Positions 14,209-22,938 of a stretch of DNA of 34,786 bases are shown here, piece by piece. This DNA is from a virus. Location: positions 1 to 34,786 of the IMG/VR virus record IMGVR_UViG_3300045988_092324. One strand, 5' to 3'. The position numbers were made by a program, and so were the translations under genes. The notes below the pieces were generated by a model that made no database searches, was not told the DNA's origin, and saw only the letters and a list, made by a program, of their open reading frames with translations. The stretch's first letter is position 1. Each line of letters starts with the position of its first letter.

Positions 14209-14402
14209 GCGTAATCGACTGGAACATGGAGGCCCGGAACATCCTTAAGGCTGTGAGGGCCGTCGGGTACCTCGAGGGCATGAGCGCGACCCTGTGGCGG
14301 CTCGCCGGGCCGGAGATCGCCGACGAGGCGATAGTCGACTACGACAGGAGCGTGGCGGACGTCGCCGCGCTCCTGGGACTGGAGGCGAGGGACCATGACT
14401 GA
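14205..14402 (+). CDS. Small hypothetical protein
   Basis: ATGA overlap; MSVIDWNMEARNILKAVRAVGYLEGMS... Confidence 0.65.
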   Translation: MSVIDWNMEARNILKAVRAVGYLEGMSATLWRLAGPEIADEAIVDYDRSVADVAALLGLEARDHD

Positions 14403-14697
14403 CGGTTACCTGCTCAACCTGCGAACGTTCCGCGAGGTGAGGGACGACAAGGCACAGGCGCTCAAGCCGCTCGAGGAGGCGGCCGAGGTGTTCGGCGCGT
14501 GGCAGAACTGCGACGGCATACGCCAAAGCCAGATCATGACGGCGCGCCGGGCGTTCCGCGTGGACCTCATCGACGAATGTGTAGACACCGTGCAGGCGGT
14601 CGCCAACCTGCTGGCAGCCGTAGGCGCCACGCAGGGTGAGGTCGACGCCGCCATCAAGCGCATGGACGAGAGGAACTGTGGGAGAGGGCGTCTGTGA
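14395..14697 (+). CDS. MazG-like nucleotide pyrophosphohydrolase candidate
   Basis: KAQALKPLEEAAEVFGAWQ...FRVDLIDECVDTVQAVANLLAAVG. Confidence 0.6.
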   Translation: MTDGYLLNLRTFREVRDDKAQALKPLEEAAEVFGAWQNCDGIRQSQIMTARRAFRVDLIDECVDTVQAVANLLAAVGATQGEVDAAIKRMDERNCGRGRL

Positions 14698-14921
14698 TGG
14701 AGACTTTGGAGCAGATCAAGGCTGATGCGGTCGAGGTGTTCTGCTACGACCGCGAGTGCAGGCCGCAGGACAGGGCGCACGCCGAGGCGGGAAGGGCGGA
14801 GGTCGCCGGCGCGAACCTCGTGCAGAACCTGCGCCGCCAGCTGACGAGCATCGAGGCGACCGTCGGGGATGCCATCGACCTGCTCGACGAGAGCACGGGG
14901 GCGGTGGAGTGCGATGAGTGA
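14697..14921 (+). CDS. Hypothetical protein
   Basis: METLEQIKADAVEVFCYDRECRPQ..., overlaps neighbours by a few nt. Confidence 0.6.
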   Translation: METLEQIKADAVEVFCYDRECRPQDRAHAEAGRAEVAGANLVQNLRRQLTSIEATVGDAIDLLDESTGAVECDE

Positions 14922-15216
14922 CTCGAGGGTCGGAGGCTACCCGATGGGGGTGACCGACGCCACGATAGAGCGCTGCTACGGCGGCACCCGTGAGCCTAGG
15001 ATGTGCGGGAACTGCAGGCATTTCTGCGGCAGCGACATCCACGCCGACTACGGCTACTGCCGCCTCGAGTTCGAGCGAGTCTACGACACGGAGGCGCCGG
15101 GGCGCAAGGAGGGCTTCTGGCGGCTGGCGCAGTGGGCCGTGGCGTGGCTCATGGGGAACCTGCTGTACTGCGAGGACGAGTGCGGCGAGTGCCGCGACTA
15201 CGAGGGGATTGAATGA
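14914..15216 (+). CDS. Cys-rich small protein
   Basis: MSDSRVGGYPMGVTDATIERCYGGTREPRMCGNCRHFCGSDIHADYGYCRLEF...YCEDECGECRDYEGIE. Confidence 0.7.
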   Translation: MSDSRVGGYPMGVTDATIERCYGGTREPRMCGNCRHFCGSDIHADYGYCRLEFERVYDTEAPGRKEGFWRLAQWAVAWLMGNLLYCEDECGECRDYEGIE

Positions 15217-15608
15217 TGAACATCGACATCAAGACAGCCGACGGCAAGGACATCGAGTTTGGCGGGACGTATTACGACGGGGCGGGTGCCCGTTATCGCG
15301 TGACCGGTATCAGGGTCCCCGACCATCAATTTCTCGCCAAATCGAAGCTCTACTGCATCAAGGAAGGAAGCGGCCCCGTATTGACGAATCCAGGCAGTCT
15401 CTATCTTGCCCCACCGGACAGCCTGGAGAAGCTGAGAGACGATCTGGACAGGTATGTCCGCAATCCAAATGGAACCATCTGCTCGTATTTCAATCGAGAG
15501 AGAAAGGATTGCGATGGCTGTAAGTTCCGGAACAACATCTTCTGCATCAACGCCTTGGTGCAAGACATCGACGAGCGCGTCCACCGTCTGTGCGGTGATG
15601 GCAAATGA
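15213..15608 (+). CDS. Cys-motif hypothetical protein (paralogue of 15605-16021)
   Basis: SLYLAPPDSLEKLRDDLDRY...CSYFNRERKDCDGCKFRNNIFC. Confidence 0.75.
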   Translation: MMNIDIKTADGKDIEFGGTYYDGAGARYRVTGIRVPDHQFLAKSKLYCIKEGSGPVLTNPGSLYLAPPDSLEKLRDDLDRYVRNPNGTICSYFNRERKDCDGCKFRNNIFCINALVQDIDERVHRLCGDGK

Positions 15609-16021
15609 TCAAGCTGCCGAAAGATGCCGAGGGCCGCGAGATTCCGCTGGATACCGAGGTGCTGTATGACGAGTGCGGAACAAAGGTGAGCGTGAAGGAG
15701 TTTCTATCCAGAACGTTGGTGGAGAGCCAGAAAACCGAATGGACGATTAAAGCCCAGTACGAAGGCAACTTTTACTACAACAGCTTCAAGCCGAAGAACA
15801 TGCACCTCACTCTGCCAGACACATGGGAGAAGCTGGAGGAGGACTTGGGAAGAGCGGCAGAACGCGATGTTGTTCCGACGTGCTGCCGATACTTCAACGC
15901 CGCCAACAAATGCAACGTTTGTCCGCTTTATGGCAGCGTTAACTGTGATGCGCATAGTGACGAGCGTGCATTTGAGAACATTCTCGACCGTATCCGCAAG
16001 CTGAGGGGCGAGGACAAATGA
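15605..16021 (+). CDS. Cys-motif hypothetical protein (paralogue of 15213-15608)
   Basis: NMHLTLPDTWEKLEEDLGRA...CCRYFNAANKCNVCPLYGSVNC. Confidence 0.75.
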   Translation: MIKLPKDAEGREIPLDTEVLYDECGTKVSVKEFLSRTLVESQKTEWTIKAQYEGNFYYNSFKPKNMHLTLPDTWEKLEEDLGRAAERDVVPTCCRYFNAANKCNVCPLYGSVNCDAHSDERAFENILDRIRKLRGEDK

Positions 16022-16275
16022 ACATGACGCCATGCTGGATTTCCGAAATGCCCGGAGAGAAGACGAAAGCGCTGCTTATGGGTTTCTACCAAAAAGCGTG
16101 GACGCATGATGCATCGCCCCTAATCGGAGGGTTTCCCGCAGGGCAAATCGCGTACCCGGTCGCGGTCGTGCTGCTCGAATCGGGCGATGTTGTTACCGTA
16201 AACGCTGAATGCGTGACTATCGACTCGCCCGCAGAACTGTTTGAGCAGTACGCATGGATGGATGGTGAGGCCTGA
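16018..16275 (+). CDS. Hypothetical protein
   Basis: MNMTPCWISEMPGEKTKALLMGFYQKAWTHDASPLIGGFPAGQIAYPVAVV... Confidence 0.7.
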   Translation: MNMTPCWISEMPGEKTKALLMGFYQKAWTHDASPLIGGFPAGQIAYPVAVVLLESGDVVTVNAECVTIDSPAELFEQYAWMDGEA

Positions 16276-16460
16276 TGGACAAAATCAAGCTGAAACCCTG
16301 TCCGTTCTGTGGTGGCGATGCCGAGATGCAGCAGGGCAAGTATCAAGGTCTGTGCACCTTCTACGTGAGCTGCTTGGGATGCGGCGCACGGACGGACCTA
16401 GAGTACGCCGAGGAGTTCGCTGCAGATCTATGGAATGAAAGGGTGAGCTATGTTGAATAA
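16275..16460 (+). CDS. Lar-like zinc-ribbon (restriction alleviation-type) protein
   Basis: KLKPCPFCGGDAEMQQGKYQGLCTFYVSCLGCGARTDLEYAEEFAADLWNERV. Confidence 0.75.
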   Translation: MDKIKLKPCPFCGGDAEMQQGKYQGLCTFYVSCLGCGARTDLEYAEEFAADLWNERVSYVE

Positions 16461-16779
16461 GCGAGCGATGATTTCACAGCCTATGGCTGGTAAGACAGAC
16501 GAGGAGATCGCGGAGGCGAGGGACAAGGCACACGCCAAGCTGCGCGAGATGGGCTACGAGTTCGTAAACACCCTGTTCACCGACGAGTGGTACAGCGACG
16601 AGGCCATGGAGGAGCGCGGCGTGGTGCAGGTCCCGCTCTGCTATCTCGCGAAATCTCTTGAGAACATGAGCCTGTGCCATGCGGCCTACTTCTGCAAAGG
16701 CTGGGAAAACGCACGCGGATGCCGCATCGAGCATGATGCCGCCGTCGCGTACGGGCTTGAGGTGCTGTATGAGGGTTAG
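16450..16779 (+). CDS. DUF4406-like (nucleoside deoxyribosyltransferase-like) protein
   Basis: AMISQPMAGKTDEEIAEARDKAHAKLREMGYEFVNTLF...CHAAYFCKGWENARGCRIEHDAAVAYG. Confidence 0.8.
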   Translation: MLNKRAMISQPMAGKTDEEIAEARDKAHAKLREMGYEFVNTLFTDEWYSDEAMEERGVVQVPLCYLAKSLENMSLCHAAYFCKGWENARGCRIEHDAAVAYGLEVLYEG

Positions 16780-16975
16780 CAATGAAGAGCGCCGCGAGGT
16801 GGCCGAGAATTTGCGAAACCTTACAATCGGCTACTTCATCCAGTACAAGGAGCAGTTCTTTGACGAGCTCGCCGAGGTGGTGGTCGGCTTCGAGGACTAC
16901 CACGACTTCAATGTTGTCCTCGAAAAGCTCGCCGACCTCATCGACCCGGAAGGGGGAGGCGATGATTACCGATAA
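16769..16975 (+). CDS. Small hypothetical protein
   Basis: ATG 16769; MRVSNEERREVAENLRNLTIGYFIQYKEQFFDELAEVV...EKLADLIDPEGGG. Confidence 0.65.
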   Translation: MRVSNEERREVAENLRNLTIGYFIQYKEQFFDELAEVVVGFEDYHDFNVVLEKLADLIDPEGGGDDYR

Positions 16976-17363
16976 GCAGCGCCGCAAGGCCGTCGATTTC
17001 CTGCGCTCAGGCAAGTGCTTGTACTTTGCCGAGCACCGGAAAACGGAGCTCGACTGTAGCCGGTGCATGAAGGTGAGCACGATGCTTTTCGGCCACTACG
17101 ATGCACTTTGCGATTTGGACAGCTGCGGGACCGATACATGGCAGAGATTGGCAGACCTAATCGACCGCCCGACCTGCTACGACCTTGTCGAGCACAAGCA
17201 GGATCCGTTCATCCCGGGCAAGCGGATGGTCGACGGCTACTTCCACTGTTCCGACTGCGGATGGGATGGGCAGATCTGGGAGCATATCGGCTTCGGGGAC
17301 ATGCTTGCGTATGAAGCCGTCCATTGCCCGAAGTGCGGGGCCAGAATCGAGCGCCGTGCGTGA
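16962..17363 (+). CDS. Cys-rich hypothetical protein
   Basis: MITDKQRRKAVDFLRSGKCLYFAEHRKTELDCSRC...LADLIDRPTCYDLVE...FHCSDCGWDGQIW...VHCPKCGARIERRA. Confidence 0.75.
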   Translation: MITDKQRRKAVDFLRSGKCLYFAEHRKTELDCSRCMKVSTMLFGHYDALCDLDSCGTDTWQRLADLIDRPTCYDLVEHKQDPFIPGKRMVDGYFHCSDCGWDGQIWEHIGFGDMLAYEAVHCPKCGARIERRA

Positions 17364-17839
17364 TGTGGTCCCCGGCTCTTGGTATGGTAGCCGAAGCAAA
17401 CCGAGCGCGAGGGGGTATGCGAATGGCGTGTAGGCCACCTGTAGGAGATGGGCCAAAAGGCCCATCTACAAAGTCAACACATCCGTTGAGGGACGAGTGG
17501 GCGCTCCGGAAGGGGCGCTCCTCTTACGTCCTGTGGACCGACGAGATGATAGGGCGGATGCAGGCGCACCCGGAGCGGACGGCGGCGGAGATCGCCGCGG
17601 AGCTGAGGGTGACGCCGAGCGCCGTGAGGCACGCGCGGCAGCGGTACGGGCGCTTTTCGACCGGAACGGATGGGCTGTGCATCGTGTGCGACGCGCGGCC
17701 CGTGTTCGACACGTCGGCGCAGGCGAAGAAGTGGAGGCTGTGCAAGGGATGCTATCTGGCGGAGCGGAAGAGGCGGCTCGAGGAGGAGGCGGAGAGCAAC
17801 CGCATACGACAGGCCGCGCACAGGAAGAAGGCCGAGTAG
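17363..17839 (+). CDS. HTH + Cys-motif DNA-binding protein upstream of terminase
   Basis: WTDEMIGRMQAHPERTAAEIAAELRVTPSAVRHARQRYG...CIVCDARPVFDTSAQAKKWRLCKGCYLAE. Confidence 0.7.
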   Translation: MWSPALGMVAEANRARGGMRMACRPPVGDGPKGPSTKSTHPLRDEWALRKGRSSYVLWTDEMIGRMQAHPERTAAEIAAELRVTPSAVRHARQRYGRFSTGTDGLCIVCDARPVFDTSAQAKKWRLCKGCYLAERKRRLEEEAESNRIRQAAHRKKAE

Positions 17840-17842
17840 CCG

Positions 17843-17868
17843 AAAGGCCCCGGGAAACCGGGGCCTTT
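17843..17868 (+). terminator. Intrinsic terminator at end of early operon
   Basis: AAAGGCCCCGG-GAAA-CCGGGGCCTTT(TC), 11-bp perfect stem, GAAA tetraloop. Confidence 0.9.
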
Positions 17869-17881
17869 TCTTTGCCCGTTA

Positions 17882-17939
17882 CCCCCTTTTTACGCTCGTG
17901 GGCAAACGCACGCGCTTGTCCACGTGCGTAAAAAGGTGG
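17882..17939. promoter_or_regulatory. Long imperfect inverted repeat upstream of terS (regulatory or cos/pac candidate)
   Basis: CCCCCTTTTTACGCTCGTGG (17882-17901) / CCACGTGCGTAAAAAGGTGG (17920-17939), 18/20 pairs. Confidence 0.7.
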
Positions 17940-17987
17940 GAACGTTCGCGTTTCCATATGGCTATCTAGCAGCGGAAACGTGATTTT

Positions 17988-18383
17988 GTGGCGGGAAAAG
18001 GGCGCGAAAAACTGACCAAGGAGGGCATCGAGGATGCCGTCCGCCTGTGCCGTGCCGGACTGACCGACAGGGACATCGCCGCATATCTCGGGGTCGCACG
18101 CGAGACATACAGCCGCTGGATCAACCACCCCAGAACCGACAATCAGCGTCAACTGTGTCACGTTCTAAAAAAGGCCGAGGTCGAGCGCAAGGCGACGCTC
18201 GTGGGCCGCATCATGGACGCGAGCGGCGACAGCTGGCAGGCGGCGGCGTGGCTGCTCGAGCGCAAGTACCCGCAGGAGTACGCCAAGGCGCAGCGCATCA
18301 TGGACACCACCGACACGGCGGTGCTCAAGGCCGCCAAGGAGCTGGTGCTGTCCGTGCCGTCCTCAATCGGCGGGGACGAGTAG
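17988..18383 (+). CDS. terS: Terminase small subunit
   Basis: HTH GLTDRDIAAYLGVARETYSRWINHPR..., SWQAAAWLLERKYPQEYAK; immediately upstream of terL. Confidence 0.88.
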   Translation: MAGKGREKLTKEGIEDAVRLCRAGLTDRDIAAYLGVARETYSRWINHPRTDNQRQLCHVLKKAEVERKATLVGRIMDASGDSWQAAAWLLERKYPQEYAKAQRIMDTTDTAVLKAAKELVLSVPSSIGGDE

Positions 18384-18386
18384 CCG

Positions 18387-19613
18387 ATGCCGCTCACGAG
18401 GATGCAGCGCGAGTACCTCGCCAACTGCACGCACCGCTACAACGTGAAGTGCGGGGCGACGGGCTCGGGCAAGAGCTACGTCGACATAGCCGTGACCATA
18501 CCGCAGAGGCTTCTCGCCATGAGGGGCGAGGGGCTGGCGGTGATGATAGGCAACACCCGCTCGACGCTCGAGCGCAACATCCTCGAGCCGATGCGCTCGC
18601 TCTACAGCGAGGACGTCGTCAGCCAGATCGGGCGGGACAACACTGCCCGGATATTCGGGCGCAAGGTCTACTGCCTCGGGGCGGACAAGAAGACGAGCGT
18701 ATCCAAGATTCAGGGCGCCACGTTCGAGTGGGTCTACGGCGACGAGGTCGCCACGTGGAGCGAAGACGTGTTCCAGATGCTCAAGAGCCGCCTGCGCTGC
18801 GAGCACAGCCGATTCGACGGCACCTGCAACCCCGACAGCCCCAACCACTGGTTCAAGCGGTTCCTCGACGGCGACAGCGACATCTACAGGCAGGACTACA
18901 CGATCTGGGACGGTGCGCTGGCACCGGATGTCATCGAGGCCCTCATCAAGGACTACGGCAGCGGCGTGTACTACGACCGCTACATCCTGGGCAAGTGGAC
19001 GCTGGCCGAGGGCCTGGTCTACCCCGGGTGGGAGGGTGCCCTAGAGAGCCGGTATGCGGGCGGCGCCGCCAAGTACGCGGTGTCTTGCGACTACGGAACT
19101 CAGAACGCCTTTGCGGCGCTTCTGTGGGCGTTTGACGGCCGTGTGTGGCACGTGGTGGACGAGTACCGCTACTCGGGCCGCGACACGGGGCACCAGAAGA
19201 CGGACGCCGACTACGTGGCCGACATGGCCGACTTCGTGCGCGGGCTGGGCAAGCCGCCCACGTTCATCATCGACCCGAGCGCCACGAGCTTCATCGCCGC
19301 GATGCGGCAGGCCGGGTTCAAGACCAAGAAGGGGCGCAACGACGTCGCGGACGGCATACGGGAGACGGGGGTGTGCCTGGGCAACGGCGCGGTGCGCATC
19401 TCCGACGCCTGCGCGGGGCTGATAGGCGAGCTCGGCGGCTACTGCTGGGACGCCAAGGCCGACGGCGACAGGCCCGTCAAGGTCGAGGACCACAGCTGCG
19501 ACGCGCTCCGTTACGGCGTGGCGACACTGCGCATGTACAAACCGCAGAAACAGCAGGTAAACCCGCTGTTCGATAGGGAAGGGAGGGGCCGATGGCAGAC
19601 GGCCCGATCGTGA
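18387..19613 (+). CDS. terL: Terminase large subunit
   Basis: Walker A GATGSGKS, WVYGDEVATW, FDGTCNPDSPNHWFKRF, nuclease-domain motif SCDYGTQNAFAALLW. Confidence 0.95.
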   Translation: MPLTRMQREYLANCTHRYNVKCGATGSGKSYVDIAVTIPQRLLAMRGEGLAVMIGNTRSTLERNILEPMRSLYSEDVVSQIGRDNTARIFGRKVYCLGADKKTSVSKIQGATFEWVYGDEVATWSEDVFQMLKSRLRCEHSRFDGTCNPDSPNHWFKRFLDGDSDIYRQDYTIWDGALAPDVIEALIKDYGSGVYYDRYILGKWTLAEGLVYPGWEGALESRYAGGAAKYAVSCDYGTQNAFAALLWAFDGRVWHVVDEYRYSGRDTGHQKTDADYVADMADFVRGLGKPPTFIIDPSATSFIAAMRQAGFKTKKGRNDVADGIRETGVCLGNGAVRISDACAGLIGELGGYCWDAKADGDRPVKVEDHSCDALRYGVATLRMYKPQKQQVNPLFDREGRGRWQTARS

Positions 19614-21028
19614 CGGCGGCTGACATGGCGGCGGCGGGCTCGGCGGCGGGGTTCGCCGCGGACGCCGTGAGGCGCCACATGGCCGGCGAGATGTACCGCA
19701 ACGCCGTGGCGGCCAACGACTACTACCGCCAGCAGAACGTGACCATCAGCAGGTTCACCAAGATCGTGTACTCGAGCGCCGGCACGCCGGTCGACGACTA
19801 CACGGCGTCGGACATGCGAATCAAGTCCAACCTGTTCAAGCGCCTGAACGGGCAGCGCTGCTCATACTCGCTCGGCAAGGGCGTGAGCTTCGTCGACGTC
19901 TCGAAGGGCGGCGAGGACACCACCAAGGAGGCGCTGGGCGACCGCTTCGACGACGACGTGATGAAGATAGGCCTTTACGCGCTCATCCACGGCATCTCGT
20001 TCCCGTTCTGGAACCTCGACCACATCGACGTGTTCACCGCCGACGAGTTCTGCCCGGTGTGGGACGAGGTGAGCGGCGCGATGGTGGCCGGCGTGCGCTT
20101 CTGGCGCCTGGACCCGGACCACCCGTGGAACGCCACGCTCTACGAGCAGGACGGCTACACGCAGATGGCGGCCCCGGCCGCCGGCACGCTCGACTTCGCC
20201 GTGACGGAGGCGAAGCGCGCCTACAAGGTGACCTACGAGGAGGTGCCGGCCGACGGCCTCGCGCTGGCCGTTGACGAGGAGAACTACTCGCGCCTGCCCA
20301 TCGTGCCCGTGTGGGGCAGCGACGCGCACCAGTCCACGCTCGTGGGCATGCGCGGGGGCATCGACGCCTACGACATGATCAAGAGCGGCCTGTGCAACGA
20401 CGTCAACGACTGCGCGCAGGTCTACTGGATAGTCAACGGCGCCGGCGGCATGGACGACCGCGAGCTCGACCTTTGGCGCGCCAAGCTCAAGCTGACGCAC
20501 GTGGCGCAGGTCGACGCCGAGCAGGGGCAGGCCGCGACGCCGTATGTGCAGGAGGTGCCCGTGGCGAGCCGCCGCGAGACGCTGGCCCAGATAAAGGCCG
20601 ACATCTACGAGGACTTCGGCGCGCTCGACGTGCACACCATCGCCGCCGGCGCGACCAACGACCACATCGACGCCGCATACCAGCCGCTCGACGAGGAGGC
20701 CGCGGAGTTCGAGCGCCACATGCGAGAGGGCATCATGGACCTGCTCGCGCTCCAGGGCATCGAGGACACGCCGATCTTCACCCGCACGCGCATCAGCAAC
20801 ACCAAGGAGCAGATCGAGAACGTGTGCCTGGAGGCCGAGTGGCTCGACGAGGAGACCATCCTGCGCAAGCTGCCGAACATCACGCCCGACGAGGCCGCCG
20901 AGATTTTGGAGCGCAAGCGGCGGGAGCAGGAGGAGCGCATGGCAGCGCTGCCGCCGGCGCTCGCTGCCAACGCGACGGGGGCCGCGGGTACAGACGACGA
21001 CAGCGACGACGGGGACGGCGAGGAGTAG
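19592..21028 (+). CDS. Portal protein (SPP1 gp6-like family)
   Basis: 478 aa; IVYSSAGTPVDDYTASDMRIKSNLFKRLNGQRCSYSLGKGVSF...; position after terL; acidic C-terminus. Confidence 0.9.
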   Translation: MADGPIVTAADMAAAGSAAGFAADAVRRHMAGEMYRNAVAANDYYRQQNVTISRFTKIVYSSAGTPVDDYTASDMRIKSNLFKRLNGQRCSYSLGKGVSFVDVSKGGEDTTKEALGDRFDDDVMKIGLYALIHGISFPFWNLDHIDVFTADEFCPVWDEVSGAMVAGVRFWRLDPDHPWNATLYEQDGYTQMAAPAAGTLDFAVTEAKRAYKVTYEEVPADGLALAVDEENYSRLPIVPVWGSDAHQSTLVGMRGGIDAYDMIKSGLCNDVNDCAQVYWIVNGAGGMDDRELDLWRAKLKLTHVAQVDAEQGQAATPYVQEVPVASRRETLAQIKADIYEDFGALDVHTIAAGATNDHIDAAYQPLDEEAAEFERHMREGIMDLLALQGIEDTPIFTRTRISNTKEQIENVCLEAEWLDEETILRKLPNITPDEAAEILERKRREQEERMAALPPALAANATGAAGTDDDSDDGDGEE

Positions 21029-21031
21029 CGC

Positions 21032-22762
21032 ATGGCCGCGGACGAGGCCCACGAGTTCTCAGACGCCGAGATTCGGGCGTTCGAGCGCGAGGTGGCGGGA
21101 GTGTACGGCGAGGCGGGCAAGACTGTATACGCCAACCTCAAGCGCTATCTGGCGCAGTTCGAGGCCGACGACGAGAAGATGCGCGGGCGTCTCGAGGCCG
21201 GCGAGATCACCAAGGCTCAATACAGGTCTTGGCGAAGCGGGAAGATAGCGGCCGGCAGGCGCTACCGAATCGTCCTCAAGCAGTGCGCCGAGGCCATGAC
21301 GCACGCTAACGTCGTCGCAGCCGCCGCCATCGAGGGCAGGCTGCCCGAGGTCTACGCCGAGAACTACAACTACGGCACGTGGCAGGTCGAGAGCGCCGTG
21401 GGCTGGGACACGTCATTCGCGCTGCAGGACGCCTCGACCGTGCAGAGGCTGCTCACCGACCACGACAGCTACCTGCCCAAGCCGTCCGTCAACGTCGCCA
21501 AGGACATGGCGTGGAACCGCCGGCTCATCGCCAACCAGATCACGCAGGGCGTGCTGCTCGGCGAGTCGATACCCAAGATAGCCAAGCGCATGCAGGACGT
21601 GACGGGGGCGAACCGCGCGGCGGCGGTGCGCTTGGCGCGGACCTCGACGACGGCGGCGGAGAACGCCGGGCGCGTCGACAGCTACAAGAGGGCCAAGGGG
21701 CTCGGCATCAAGGTGCAGCAGGAGTGGCTGGCGACGATGGACGGCCGCACGCGCTCGAGCCACAGGAAGCTCGACGGCGAGAAGGTCGAGGTCGGGGAGA
21801 AGTTCAGCAACGGGTGCCGCTATCCCGGCGACCCGGAGGCGCCGTATGCCGAGACGTGCAACTGCCGCTGCACGCTCATCGCGGCCGTGGATGGCGTGGA
21901 CTACAGCGACGGCAAGCGCTGGAGCAGGCTGCCCGAGGGCATGACCTACGAGGAGTGGAAGGCCGGCAAGCCCGCCGTCACAGGCGCCAAACCGGCCGAC
22001 CGCACCATCTCCGAGTTCATGGGGATGCCCGGCACGGCCCGCAAGCTCGACGCCGCTGGCGTGTCGCCGACCGAGGCGAGAAAGAGGCTCACCGAGCAGC
22101 TCAAGGAGTACGGCATACCGTCCGGCTCGTTCCGCAAGATGAGCGCGGGCGACCAGCAGAAGGTGCTGGACACGGCGCTGGCGACGGAGAGGGGTATCAC
22201 CTCGAAGCGACATTCGGCCCGCGGCTCGAAGGTCAACATGGACCTCGTGAAGTCGGACGGCTACGCCGCGAAGTTCTCGAAGCTGGACATGCCGAGGGAT
22301 GCCGCCGCGTCTGTCCGCAAGTCGGCGGTCGCCATGCTGTCGCACCGCTCTGGAAGCGATCTCGAGGACCTCGTCCTCGTGTCGAAGTCCGATGGCAGGG
22401 TGGTCGCGCGGAGCACGGCCGGAACGGTTCCGTTCGAGACCGCCAGAAACGCGGAAGTCGACAGGGCCATCTCGACACATCCGCGCGGAGACCTCGTCTC
22501 GGTCCATAACCACCCGACCGACCTGCCGCCGACGGGCAGCGACTTCGTCTCGGCGGGCTACAAGGGATACGGCGGCGGCGTCGTGGCCCTGCACAACGGC
22601 GAGGTGTTCTATTACGAGGTGGGGGACATTCCATTTAGAGTCGAGTCCTTCGACAACAAGGTCGAGAATAAAGTTAAAATGGGGACAAGCAGGTATGACG
22701 CCATTATCGAAGTCATGCGCGAGTTTGAGAGGAGCCATGGCATCAAATGGGAAAAGCTATAG
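21032..22762 (+). CDS. MuF-like minor head protein with JAB-like metallopeptidase C-terminal domain
   Basis: LARTSTTAAENAGRVDSYKRAKGLGIKVQQEWLATMDGRTRSSHRKLDGEKVEVGEKFSNGCRYPGDPEAPYAETCNCRCTL plus C-terminal STHPRGDLVSVHNHPTDLPPTGSDF. Confidence 0.85.
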   Translation: MAADEAHEFSDAEIRAFEREVAGVYGEAGKTVYANLKRYLAQFEADDEKMRGRLEAGEITKAQYRSWRSGKIAAGRRYRIVLKQCAEAMTHANVVAAAAIEGRLPEVYAENYNYGTWQVESAVGWDTSFALQDASTVQRLLTDHDSYLPKPSVNVAKDMAWNRRLIANQITQGVLLGESIPKIAKRMQDVTGANRAAAVRLARTSTTAAENAGRVDSYKRAKGLGIKVQQEWLATMDGRTRSSHRKLDGEKVEVGEKFSNGCRYPGDPEAPYAETCNCRCTLIAAVDGVDYSDGKRWSRLPEGMTYEEWKAGKPAVTGAKPADRTISEFMGMPGTARKLDAAGVSPTEARKRLTEQLKEYGIPSGSFRKMSAGDQQKVLDTALATERGITSKRHSARGSKVNMDLVKSDGYAAKFSKLDMPRDAAASVRKSAVAMLSHRSGSDLEDLVLVSKSDGRVVARSTAGTVPFETARNAEVDRAISTHPRGDLVSVHNHPTDLPPTGSDFVSAGYKGYGGGVVALHNGEVFYYEVGDIPFRVESFDNKVENKVKMGTSRYDAIIEVMREFERSHGIKWEKL

Positions 22763-22938
22763 ACTATGACTCCTTTGGGGTCGACGACCGACCGGATAGG
22801 CTCTCCGACGTTCCCGATGAGGCCCTCGAAGCCCTGCTCGAGGACGAGCGCCAAAATCCGCCGAAAACATGGGAAGAGGCATGGCGCCGCAGCATCGACT
22901 GGGAGCTCGAGCACGGCGTCAGGAGCACTAATGGCTAA
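22747..22938 (+). CDS. Small acidic protein downstream of MuF-JAB
   Basis: MGKAIDYDSFGVDDRPDRLSDVPDEALEALLEDERQNPPKTWEEAWRRSIDWELEHG; overlaps MuF end. Confidence 0.65.
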   Translation: MGKAIDYDSFGVDDRPDRLSDVPDEALEALLEDERQNPPKTWEEAWRRSIDWELEHGVRSTNG

